From Scyliorhinus canicula (taxonomy: Eukaryota), in NCBI RefSeq assembly GCF_902713615.1, contig NC_052166.1:47531870-47595869 (forward strand): a stretch of DNA of 64,000 nucleotides. The letters are read 5' to 3'. A model generated the notes under the pieces. The model had not been told where the DNA came from. It searched no databases and saw only the letters and a program-made list of their open reading frames with translations. Positions 37,655 to 49,104 of this stretch are shown piece by piece; the first letter of the stretch is position 1; each line of letters begins with the position of its first letter. A program made the translations under genes and the position numbers.

Positions 37655-39280
37655 CCACCCCTCCCCCCTACCCCCCCTCCTCCCCCCTACCCCCCCTCCT
37701 CCCCCCTCTCCTCCCCCCTACCCCCCCTCCCCCCCCCCCACACCCCTACCCCCCCCACACACCCCTACCCCCCCCACACACCCCTACCCCCCCCCCCACA
37801 CACCCCTACCCCCCCCCACACACACCCCTACCCCCCCCCCACACACCCCTACCCCCCCACACACCCCTACCCCCCCACACACCCCTACCCCCCCCACACA
37901 CCCCTACCCCCCCCACACACACCTACCCCCCCACACCCCCCTACCCCCCCCACACCCCCCTACCCCCCCCACACCCCCCTACCCCCCCCACACCCCCCTA
38001 CCCCCCCCCACACCCCCCTACCCCCCCCACACCCCCCTACCCCCCCCACACCCCCCTACCCCCCCACCCTCACTGTACCCCCCATACCCTCACTGCACTC
38101 ACCCTTAATGCACCCCCACACCCTTACCACCCCCTCACCCTTACCACCCCATCACACCCCCCCTTACCCTCACTGCACTCACCCTTCATGCACCCCCTCA
38201 CCCTTACCACCCCCATCACACCCCCCCTACCCTCACTGCACCTCCCCTGCACTCACCCTTAATGCACCCCGCCATCACACCCCCTCACCCTTACCGCACC
38301 CCCCTCACCCTTACTGCACCCCCCTCACCCTTACTGCACCCCCCTCACCCTTACTGCACCCCCCTCACCCTTACTGCACCCCCCTCACCCTTACCACCCC
38401 CATCACACCCCCCCTACCCTCACTGCACCTCCCCTGCACTCACCCTTAATGCACCCCGCCATCACACCCCCTCACCCTTACCGCACCCCCCTCACCCTTA
38501 CTGCACCCCCCTCACCCTTACTGCACCCCCCCTCACCCTTACTGCACCCCCCTCACCCTTACTGCACCCCCCTCACCCTTACTGCACCCCCCTCACCCTT
38601 ACTGCACCCCCCTCACCCTTACTGCACCCCCCTCACCCTTACTGCACCCCCCTCACCCTTACTGCACCCCCCTCACCCTTACTGCACCCCCCTCACCCTT
38701 ACTGCACCCCCCTCACCCTTACTGCACCCCCCTCACCCTTACTGCACCCCCCTCACCCTTACTGCACCCCCCTCACCCTTACTGCACCCCCTCACCCTTA
38801 CTGCACCCCCCTCACCCTTACTGCACCCCCCTCACCCTTACTGCACCCCCCTCACCCTTACTGCACCCCCCTCACCCTTACTGCACCCCCCTCACCCTTA
38901 CTGCACCCCCCTCACCCTTACTGCACCCCCCTCACCCTTACTGCACCCCCCTCGCCTCACCCCCACCGCACCCCCCTCGCCTCACCCCCACCACACCCCC
39001 CTCGCCTCACCCCCACCACACCCCCCTCGCCTCACCCCCACCACACCCCCCTCGCCTCACCCCCCTCACCTCACCCCCACCGCACCCCCTTAACTCATCC
39101 TCCTCTCACCCCCACCGCACCCCCCCTCACTGAACTCACCCGTACCTCACCCCCACCACACCCTCTCCCCACCCTTACTGCACCCCCCTCACCCCACCCT
39201 CCGCAACCCCCTCACCCCCACCGCAACCCCCCCCCTTACCTGCCCCCCCCCCCCTTACCGCACCCCCGTCACCCTCGCAA
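37655..39280. repeat. C-rich tandem repeat tract in ARPC5L intron 1
   Basis: (CACACCCCTACCCCCC)n at ~37670-38070, then ~30 near-perfect 20-mers ACTGCACCCCCCTCACCCTT at ~38280-38950. Confidence 0.95.
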
Positions 39281-39284
39281 GCAG

Positions 39285-39515
39285 ACTCACATTAACACTG
39301 CAGGGAAGTTACTGTGAAAAGCCCCTAGTTGCCACATTCCGGTGCCTGTTCGGGTTCACTGAGGGAGAATTCAGAATGTCCAATTCACCTAACAAGCATG
39401 TCATTCGGTACTTGTTCGAAGAAACCGGAGGAAACCCACGCAGACACGGGGAGAATGTGCAGACTTTGCACAGATAGTGACCCAAGCCGGGAATAGAATC
39501 AGGATCCTTGCCGCT
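39285..39515 (-). mobile_element. HE1-head SINE with a Rex1-like tail
   Basis: Same family as 26663-26935. Confidence 0.8.
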
Positions 39516-40307
39516 GTATCTGTCCCCTCGCCCCTCTCTGCCTCCCTGTGGTGTAGGTACGACCACTGATCGCCGATACATGTACATGGCGCAGCCATTT
39601 TAAATTCGTGCATCTATGCTATGGGTTCCAATTCTCAATAAGTTGCCGGCTGATTCGATCTATAATTGGATTAAAAATCCCCCCCATCCGAGCAAAAAAA
39701 TGATCATCTCACTGTCAGCTTCCACAGTGAAGTTCAGGGTTTTCAAAGTTTTGGATTTGTGCCATTAAAATAAATTAATCTCATCACAGAGATCAGTAAT
39801 TTGTCATAAAGACCTGACCTGCCACTCGACCCTTGGTGGCAAAAATCTGGAGTCTTGCTCGAGTAAGTAAGTTGTTCCGGTGATTTTTTTAAAAAAAATT
39901 ACTTTTTCCCACTCAAATCTTTCTTTCTTTCCCTTTCTAATTTGGTCTAATTCCCTTTATTTAATTGGTCGAGATACGCCATTGTACATGAACTCAGAGA
40001 GGCGGAATTGCTATCACTACATCAGTATCAATTCCTATTTCCAGCAATTTGTAGCTCGGGCAAAAGGGCAAGGTTAAAAAGTCAGTTCCCATTGCTTGCT
40101 GCGGGATAACGAGCAGAGATTCACCACCTCTCCTTTGTATCCATTTCCACTTTCTTGCCTCTGAACCGATATGAATGTTGACTTACGGAATTTTTCTCAG
40201 TGAACAAAAGCGCTTTCTTTTCTGGAAATTTGTTATCATGAAGGATTAATCTTCCATATGTAACTGGCATAGATTTGGATCACGTCACAAGTGTATTGCT
40301 AGTGTAT

Positions 40308-40482
40308 GGGGTAGGTTTAGCACAGTGAGCTAAACAGCTGGCTTGTAATGCAGACCAAGGTCAGCAGCACGGGTTCAATTCCCGTATCGGCCTCCCCGAA
40401 CAAGTGCCGGAAGGTGGCGACTAGGGGCTTTTCACAGTAACTTCATTGAAGCCTACTTGTGACAAAAAGCTATTATTGTTAT
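40308..40482 (+). mobile_element. Short tRNA SINE with a Rex1-like tail
   Basis: Same family as 3868-4040. Confidence 0.85.
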
Positions 40483-40614
40483 TGCTTATTGTAACAACTT
40501 GGGAATCAAAGATTTGTGTATATTGGTATTTGAATACTTAAGATAATAGAGGTATTGTAATTTCTAATTCTTACGGTTAAACACCATATATAATGACTTC
40601 ATGGCTTTCCTTGT

Positions 40615-41830
40615 GATGTAACTAACTTGATCAACTTTTTCGAGGAAGTGACAAAGATGATTTATGAATGGAGGGCAGTGGCTGTTGTCTATATGGATTT
40701 CAGTAAAGCCTTTGACAAGGTCCCTCATGGTAGGCTGCTACAGAAGGTGAAGTCACGGGATCAGAGGTGAGCTGGCAAGATGGATACACAACTGGCTCAG
40801 TCATATAAGACAGAAGGTAGCAGTAGAAGGATGCTTTTCTGAATGGAGTGCTGTGACTAGTGGTCTTCCGCAGGGATCAGTACTGGGATCATTGCTATTT
40901 GTAGTATATACAAATAATTTGGAGGAAAATGCAACCGGTCTGATTAGTAAATTTAGATGACAAAGGGTGGTGGAATTGTGGATAGTGATGATGATTGTCA
41001 ATACAGCAGGGTATAGATCAATTGGAGACTTGGGCTGAGAGATGGAGTTTAATCCGGACAAATGTGAGGTAATGCATTTTTGGAAGGTCTAATACAAGTG
41101 GGAAATGTTGACAGGCAGAGGGATCTAGGTATACAGGTCCACAGGTCACTGAAAGTAGCAACACAGGTGGGTAAGGTAGTCAATGAAGACACTGCATGCT
41201 TTCCTTCATCGGCCGGGGCATTGAGTATAAAAATTGCCAAGTCATGCTGCAGCTGTATAGAATCTTAGTTAGGCCACACTTGGAATATAGTGTTCAAATC
41301 TGGTCACCACTCTACCAGAAGGATGTCAAGGCTTTGGAGAGGATACAAAAGAGATTTACCAGGATGCTGCCTGGTCTGGAAGGCATTAGCTATGAGAAGT
41401 TGGATAAACTTGGTTTGTTCTTACTGGAACGACGGGAGGTTGAGAGGCGACCTGATAGAGGTTTACAAAGTTATGAGGGGCATGGACAGAGTGGATAATC
41501 TGAAGCGTTTTCCCAGGGTGGAAGAGTCAATTACTAGGATACATAGGTTTAAGGAGCGAGGGCAAAGTTTAGAGGAGATGTGAGAGGGAAGTCTTTTACA
41601 CAGAGGGCAGTGGGTGCCTGGAACTCGCTGTTTGCTGTCGGAAGAGGTGGTTGAAGCAGGTACGATAGTGATGTTTAAGGGGAGTCTTGACAAATACATG
41701 AATCGGATGAGAATAAAGGGATACGGACCCTGAAAGTGTAGAAGGGTTTGGGTTAGATGGGCAACATGGTCGGTACAGGCTTGGAGGACCAAGGGCCTGT
41801 TCCTTTGTTGTACTTTGTGTTTGTTCTTTG
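40615..41830 (+). mobile_element. Degenerate CR1 LINE (RT to 3' end)
   Basis: YMDFSKAFDKVPH; QGSVLG; LYRILVRPHLEYSVQIWSP; LRGDLIEVYK. Confidence 0.9.
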
Positions 41831-41930
41831 TAAAGGGATTAGGGAGTAAATTCCCTTCAAAGCTAATCATCAGTGTCTAACTGAAATAACAACATTGTCA
41901 AATTATTTACCTGCATAGAAACCAGTAACT

Positions 41931-42249
41931 ACAGAACATAGAATCCCTACAGTGCAGAAGGGGCCATTCCGCCCATATAGAGTCTGCACCAACCTCCGAA
42001 AGAGCATTTTACCTAGCCCCCCCAAAAAAAACAATGTCCAAATGTCCTAACCTGTGCATCTTTGGACACGGGCACAATATCGCCTGGCCAATCCACCTAA
42101 CTTGCATATCTCTGGACTGTGGGATGAAACTTGAGCACACAGGATGAAACTCATGCAGACATGGGGAGCAAGTGCAAACTTCACACAAGGTCGGAATCAA
42201 ACCCGGGTTCTTGGTGCTGTGAGGCAATAGTGCGAACCACTGGGCCACC
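41931..42249 (-). mobile_element. HE1-type SINE ending ~30 bp before the U12 branch site
   Basis: Head, core and tail motifs present. Confidence 0.8.
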
Positions 42250-42303
42250 TGAGTTTGAATGCTTGAAATGAAACATTTTATTCCTTGACCTGTAATAATG
42301 TAC

Positions 42304-42376
42304 AGGTGACATGCTTAGTGCGTTCCATGCAGCATTAAGGAACCCTCCAGTCAACATGAAGAATCAAGCAACTAAG
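42304..42376 (+). CDS. ARPC5L: ARPC5L exon 2 (73 bp)
   Basis: A-GGTGACATG...ACTAAG|gtattt encodes GDMLSAFHAALRNPPVNMKNQATK. Confidence 0.94.
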
Positions 42377-42514
42377 GTATTTAATTGAATTAAGTTTGTT
42401 GGTTTTAAAGGTTTTGAAATATGTGAATTGTGATGGTACATGCAAATGTGCGTAAAAATGTAGTGATTTGTCTCCAAGAATGTATCGGAATATCTTGAGC
42501 GAAAACATCTCTTC

Positions 42515-42722
42515 CGTCTGCATTGACCCTTGGAGCGAGCACATTATCTCGGCCCACCCCTGCCCTATTTCAGTGACCTCGCCTAACCTGCACATCTTTG
42601 GACTTTGGGAGGAAACCCATGCAGACACAGGGAGAACATGTAAACTCCACACAGTCACCCAAAGCTAGAATCAAAGCAGGGTCCCTGGTGCTGTGAGGCA
42701 GCAGTGTTAACCACTGTGCCAC
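42515..42722 (-). mobile_element. HE1-type SINE, diverged
   Basis: Head and core motifs present. Confidence 0.75.
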
Positions 42723-43367
42723 ATCTTCTGCAGCTTTTTGACAGAAACAATACGATATTTCTGGTCTTGCTGCATTAAGGGGTAACATCAACTCCTGGTT
42801 CAGAACTTTTTGCCAGATTTCTGTTCGGGTCTTTCAATGACAATTTTAAATGATGGTAACCTTTCATAATCTCCCTATGGGCTATTCATGAAAGCCTCAC
42901 CCGAGGTGTGGTGGCTCTCGGGTTGAATCCCAAACGGGAGAGCCTATGGTCGTCTGGGAAGATGGCAACATTTAAGTGTCCTTAATGTTTTTCCTATTAT
43001 TTATTTTTAAAAATCTATTGCTGGATGTGGTAGGAAGTGTCAAAGCATAGACCCAACTACTTGTTCTCTTTTTAGCATCTTCAGGGATAATTACCTAAGT
43101 TTGTTCTATTGTGAAAAGTTCTACTGTCCAGGAATGATACCACTTGGATAGACAAACAATAAGTTTGGGGGAAATGGGAGGTGTTCTTTTAAAATAATTG
43201 TTAATAACACTTTTCAAATTTCCTTTTGTCTGGTACAATAGTCATGACCTATCATATTCAATCTTTAAATATTGGAGCTAAAAATGGTTTCATTGCTTTG
43301 CAGTTCAGTGTCTGGAGTATAATAAAGCAAGTAAAACGCTAACTTAAACATTTTTTTTCCTCCACAG

Positions 43368-43544
43368 GAGCGTGCACAGGGAATAGTTCTGAAAGTCCTT
43401 ACATCCTTTAAAAGTAGTGAGATAGAACAGGCTGTTAAGTCATTAGATAGAAATGGTGTTGACCTTTTAATGAAGTACATTTATAAAGGTTTTGAAAAAC
43501 CCACAGAAAACAGCAGTGCAATATTACTGCAGTGGCATGAAAAG
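43368..43544 (+). CDS. ARPC5L: ARPC5L exon 3 (177 bp)
   Basis: cag|GAGCGT...GAAAAG|gtaagt encodes [69 protein letters not shown] and EKPTENSS are ARPC5L-type rather than ARPC5-type. Confidence 0.97.
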
Positions 43545-43632
43545 GTAAGTTTCTTTTTGTCTTTTAATTATTTCATGGCTTTTGCTATGGACTGGTTAAG
43601 GAGGAAGGCAGGTGGATGACCTACATTCATAT

Positions 43633-43955
43633 GGGCAGCACGGTAGCATTGTGGATAGCACAATCGCTTCACAGCTCCAGGGTCCCAGGTTCGATTCCGG
43701 TTTGGGTCACTGTCTGTGCGGAGTCTGCACATCCTCCCCGTGTGTGCGTGGGTTTCCTCCCACAGTCCAAAGATGTGCAGGTTAGGTGGATTGGCCATGA
43801 TAAATTGCCCTTAGTGTCCAAAATTGCCCTTAGTGTTGGGTGGGGTTGCTTGGTTATGGGGATAGGGTGGAGGTGTTAACCTTGCTCTTTCCGGGAGCCG
43901 GTGCAGACTCGATGGGCCGAATGGCCTCCTGCACTGTAAATTCTATGTAATCTAT
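43633..43955 (+). mobile_element. HE1-type SINE
   Basis: Full head, core and tail. Confidence 0.9.
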
Positions 43956-44887
43956 GGACCGATAAGTTGAAAATGGCTGCTAGGATGTTGATGGGCACTG
44001 AAGATGCTTGCTCTTGTAAAATCTGGTGGCAATGGGCTGCACACTGATCATCAATTGTTGGATAACATGGATATGTAAAAGGTAGACCATGGTAAAATTA
44101 AGTGTCAGCTTTGCTTGGACTGTAACTCTTGCCTGAGTCAGAAGACTTCAGTGCAGCATTGACAGAGCTTATGATCCCACTGTGAAGAGAGGGAACTAAT
44201 CTGGCCACCATTCCTCCTTACGCAGGCACAAGCCGAGTTTAATTGCTGTATTTTGGACTTTGATGTGGACAAATTGGCTGCTCTATGGTTGTGAAGTATT
44301 TTTGGACTTACTGAGAATGTGCTATATAGATACAGATTTAACATATATGTATTTAACAGTTCACTAATTGATATTTTGCACTGCTAAATATAGTGAGCAA
44401 AATTGTAAGATTCCTACCATAGACCACCTATTTCCACTTTAATATCGTCCCACTCCACTTGCCTCAGCTTATCCATGACTTTACCGTATACATTACTATT
44501 CCTGGCTGACCTCCCTATTTTACCCTCAGCCCTGATTTGACCATGTCATGCTCCCCCATCTCCTGTGGTCACTGATTTACAATGAGTCCAGTTTTAAAAA
44601 AGATCCTTCCATGTTTTAGCCCCCTCCCTATCTCTGATCTCCTGCAGCCCACAGAGATCTTCACAATTTGCTCCCAAAATTGCTTTGAGTTTTCCTGATT
44701 TTTGTTCTATTATTGGCTTTCTGTTGCCAAGGCCCTAAGCTCTGGCATTCCCTCTTAAGATACTTTGACCAGGTTTTGGGCCGTGTCAAGTTTTGTTTAA
44801 CATTTCAAGGTGCTTTACCATGCAAGTTGTGACAGAATTTAAAAAGAAAAAAATGATGAGAACATTTTTCTTCTGTATCCCTCGCAG

Positions 44888-44950
44888 GCATTAGCAGTGG
44901 GTGGAGTAGGTTGCATAGTACGAGTTCTCACTGCAAGAAAAATGGTTTAA
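44888..44950 (+). CDS. ARPC5L: ARPC5L exon 4, coding part
   Basis: cag|GCATTAGCA... encodes ALAVGGVGCIVRVLTARKMV*. Total CDS 453 bp = 150 aa + stop. Confidence 0.96.
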   Translation, partial: ALAVGGVGCIVRVLTARKMV

Positions 44951-45241
44951 AAAGTTACATGACACTTTGACTTGATGTGGACTGAAAGCTGTCAGAAAAT
45001 GCGAGGAACAAACAGCAAAAGGGAAATATTTGAACCCATCCTTTGAAGATTAATCCATATTAAATGAAATTATTTTGAAAACCATGTTGGAATGCTCTTT
45101 TTATCTTACTAGGTTGTGGTGGAAAGTTATTACTGTATGTTTTGGCTAAATATGACATGCAAGGTCTTGCATATTCTCAGTTCCCTTATCATTTTTCTTT
45201 TTCCCTTTTTGAAATCTATTGAGAAACCAAATAGTCTGACT

Positions 45242-45498
45242 AATAAAGACACGTTCACACATTGAAAAAGCAATGATATGGCATTGTGCATTTTACTCAG
45301 AATTGTTTTGCCACATGGTGCGGTGGTGGACTATAAGATTCGTCAGTACATGCAGTATTAATTTTTTTATTTCTTTGGGTCACTTTCACATTCTTTTGTA
45401 AAATTAGTGGGATATATACTTAGTATGATACATATGGCAATAGTATCAGTTGAACTACCAGGGATGAATTTATTGTAAAGTGCCTGCTGCAAAATAAA
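45242..45498 (+). terminator. Candidate ARPC5L polyadenylation signals
   Basis: AATAAA at 45242-45247 and 45493-45498; the second is followed by a T/GT-rich stretch. Confidence 0.55.
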
Positions 45499-47661
45499 GC
45501 TCTTGGATCATCTTTAGCTGACAGCTTTTTGTTGTATTATATAAAAAGTTAAAGTTGGATTTCCAACGTGTTACGAAAAGCAGCAAGGGAATTCCTACTC
45601 GATGCAAACTAGTGTAATTTCAATTTAATGAATCTTGTACAAAAGCAAAATTATTATTGCAGTATCACCACAGAAACCTTGTGTGGTGATAAGGTTAAGA
45701 TGCACAAAGTCATAGCTTTAGTTTGGCTTGCATCTATTTTAAACATAATTCATAATGGGTGCCAGTTCAGCTTTTCCTCAGAACCCTGGCCGCGATGAGA
45801 AATGGAAATATTACCACTGACCTTGATCAGAAGTAATTTTAAGACAGCTGATTTCCATTCCCATTTGGACAAGAACACTGATCAGAAGTGTGTTTTAATG
45901 AGTTTATTTCTGAATATCTGCTTTAGCAGAATGTGACATTGTATGTATATTATGTGCAGACATTACCTTGCTGTTTCAAAGATATATTAAAGCTGAAATG
46001 GCTGAAACGTGTAACGTGAAAAATTATGAAGTCTATATTAAAGGACACGGGTCCTTCCAGTTTTATTCAGTTGGGACAATCCTATTTAAATTCTATATTT
46101 CAACAGCTCTTTTCAGCTACTCTGTTTACATTACAAATTTGCTAAAGAGAGAATATGGCTATATTGTATAGTAGACATTGCCAGTGGGAGTTTAATATTA
46201 GACAGGAATGGTGCCAATCTGCTTCTCTCAAAACTCTGCAAACCAGCTGGACTGGTTGCAAGACCATCCACAGACAAGATTCTAATTTACATTCTTTAAT
46301 AATTTTTTTGTAACGTTACTTCTGAAGCATTAGTGGTGGCTCAGGATATTTATTTCAGCCAAATGCCAGTCAGTTGCTCTGCCCATATTCATCCCACGAG
46401 CAATACCATCAGTTGTCAAGACTTAACACTCAATTTCCTTTTTATATCTGTGCCTTCTTATAATCTACGTTTTGATCATTTCTATCTGTTTTTGCTTGGT
46501 GTTTTGTTGTCAGGTTACACCTGAGATGACTTGGGCTTTCTACATTAAAGGCACTATACAAATGAAAATTGTTGTCACAGTTGAAACTTGTGCTCAGGTT
46601 TGTTTGTGTGAATGTATGTATGTATGAGAGATGTTGGCAGTCAATGTAGACTGTACATGGTTCACCTCAAAAGAACTTTTGCATTTTTCCGATCAAACTG
46701 TTCTTCAAAGAAAGTAACCTAAAACACTGGATTAGAAGAATATATCTCGAGAAATGCAGTTAGGCCTGATTTATATTGGTTAATACATAAAATGTTGGCT
46801 ATTAATTTCTACCTGCAATATCAAATGAAACTAAACCCTAATAAGTAGAGGGTTATAATGGGGACTTTATTTTGGATGCACACTTCATGAACCATATAAA
46901 CCTAAATTAGTAAAACCAAATTGTGGCTCTGGGATTAAACCTAATTCATAACAGTTCTTCAGATGACAATCTTACTCATTGCTAAGATGCTTCGAGATGT
47001 CCCAAGGTAGTGAAAAAGCACTAAATGACAACATACAATTACTAATGTAGCCCATTTTAAATTCTAGTATTAAGCATGTTATTTGAAAACATTGGTAAGA
47101 AACTCAAATTTGACAATTGCTAAAGAAAAATAAGTCTTAGTTGGTCACTCAAGTCCAGGCTGGCTTAATCACATACTAAAATATTGTTACAAACAGCTGT
47201 TAATGGTTGTACGGGGATATTTTTAGAATTGCACAAATGCCAAATCCTTACAACTGCCCACGGTCAGTCAACCGCAGCACGAACCAACTTCTGGCTGTTG
47301 TTTTGTTCAATATTTTAATCTTGATTCTTATGCCTATTCCCTTCAATTTATAGGGTGCTCTGAAATACGGCATTTGTGAAAGAATAGGTAATAATTAGGA
47401 ACAGAATCTCCACCCAATCTTTGTAAATGTTAACTTGTATAAATGACAGCTAACCTGGTTTCCACTCTTGTCAATAGGTGACCTACTTCAAGCAGGATGA
47501 CTGCATTTTTTACAGTGATAAAGTGGTCCAAGGGAATGACTGACTAAGTTTATTACCCCTAAGCTGACCATTGCACTGACCCCACAAACTATAAGCTGAT
47601 AATTACATTGAGTTATACCACACTGACTACAATTTGGTGCATCAGCTTTTTCAGATTTTGA

Positions 47662-48167
47662 AATGAAATGAAAATCGGTTATTGTCACGAGTGGGCTTCA
47701 ATGAAGTTACTGTGAAAAGCCCCTAGTCGCCACATTCTGCCGCCTGTCCAGGGAGGCTGGTACGGGAATCGAACCGTTCTGCTTTAAAAGCCAGCGATTT
47801 AGCTAAGTGAGCTAAACCAGCCCCTAATTTTCCATTAGGGCTTTCAAAAAAAATACCAGGTGGCAGCTGCAACAATAATCTTTATTAGTGTCACAAGTAG
47901 TCTTACATTAACACGCCAATGAAGTTACTGTGAAAATCCCCTAGTCAGCACCTGTTTGGGTACACTTGAAGGAGAATTCAGAATGTCCAATTAACCTAAC
48001 AAGCATGTTTTGTGGGAGGAAACCGGATGCCCGGAGAAAACCCACGCAGACACTAAGAACGTTCAGACTCCGCACAGACAGTGACTCAAGCTGGGATTAG
48101 AACTCAAAATGGGTCCCAGGCACTGCCACTGAAGCAACAGTGCTAACCACTGTGCTACATGCCGCCC
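47662..48167 (-). mobile_element. Two adjacent Rex1-tail SINEs (47662-47825 and 47872-48167)
   Basis: Both carry the CTTTTCACAGTAACTTCATT...TGTGAC tail on the minus strand. Confidence 0.8.
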
Positions 48168-48331
48168 ATCAGAAAGACATCATCAATTTTCATGGGCCAG
48201 AATGAATTTCAAAAGAAAGACTACAGGTGGGAAGTTAGGCGATAAAATGGTGAATGGCTATTTGGTTGAAATAAAGATATGATCATTTAAAAAAAAAACA
48301 ATCAACCAAATCATTACATGTTTTAAAAATA

Positions 48332-48348
48332 TGCCATCTGCTGGCGAT
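48332..48348 (-). promoter_or_regulatory. Candidate CTCF-binding motif
   Basis: Minus strand ATCGCCAGCAGATGGCA fits the CTCF core CCAGCAG(A/G)(T/G)GGC(A/G). Confidence 0.45.
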
Positions 48349-48747
48349 CTGTGAAATTGTTCCTTTAGTTTCAACAGAATGATGGCAGAAGCAAAGATGG
48401 TCTCGCTTGGATCCATTTTAACATCTATTGGAAAGAAGCTTGAATTAGTTCAGACTATCTTCATGTTTAATTTTAAACAAATCCAAAACTGGAAGATTCC
48501 AATTTGTCCACCAAATGTTTTATATCAGTGGAACTCTAGGTATGATTTTTCCTATGACGTTATTCATTCTTGCAACAAAAACATCTAAAGCTTCAATTGG
48601 ATACAATTGCCACATTTTAGACCAGTCCATGTTAATTGACAGTGATGGGTGCCAATCCCAACAAGTAGCAACATAAACACTCTGAATTGCTAGTTATGCT
48701 GTCCAGTCTTCAGTTTTTCAAGCTAGCCTAACTCAAGAGGCTGAAAT

Positions 48748-48753
48748 TTTATT
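48748..48753 (-). terminator. Candidate GOLGA1 polyadenylation signal
   Basis: AATAAA on the minus strand ~1.8 kb after the stop; alternatives at 49308-49313 and 46866-46871. Confidence 0.35.
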
Positions 48754-49053
48754 GCAAACCTTAACGCCCTATATGCTTTCCATAAATGAGAGCAAAGGTT
48801 GTTGCATCCGCAAATCGCAACTGCTAGTCAAAGAATTCAACCACAATTTCATTAAGTCTAAAGGAATTTTAATTGGAAAGTATTGCACCTACAAATTATT
48901 CTCAAGCAAACACTGGTCAGATGATCCAATCCAGGTTTACTACACCAAGTTTTGGAAATTAGTTGCAAAGGCCAATCAATGCATGTACAAAGATTACACG
49001 CCACAGCAGTTTTGATACAAATAAAAGTGCATTAGTTCATATATAACATACAA

Positions 49054-49059
<6 letters not shown>

Positions 49060-49091
<32 letters not shown>

Positions 49092-49104
49092 GCACACACA
49101 CACG
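49060..49104. repeat. (TA)n(CA)n microsatellite
   Basis: Directly visible in the sequence. Confidence 0.9.

Larger units (their letters stand above)
37611..42303 (+). other. ARPC5L: U12-type (minor spliceosome) AT-AC intron 1 of ARPC5L
   Basis: 5' ATATCCTT, branch site TTCCTTGAC (42281-42289), 3' end TAC| at 42303. The join CA+A gives Gln and keeps the frame into GDML. Confidence 0.93.

Noticed and set aside
36974-39317. Long Pro/His-rich ORFs (491, 351 and 214 aa) as extensin-like genes
   Set aside because: They arise from stop-poor C-rich repeats and overlap the promoter and ARPC5L intron 1.
42304-42305. AG as the ARPC5L intron 1 acceptor
   Set aside because: With the ATATCCTT donor it shifts the frame; the AC at 42302-42303 restores the conserved Q-G-D-M-L.
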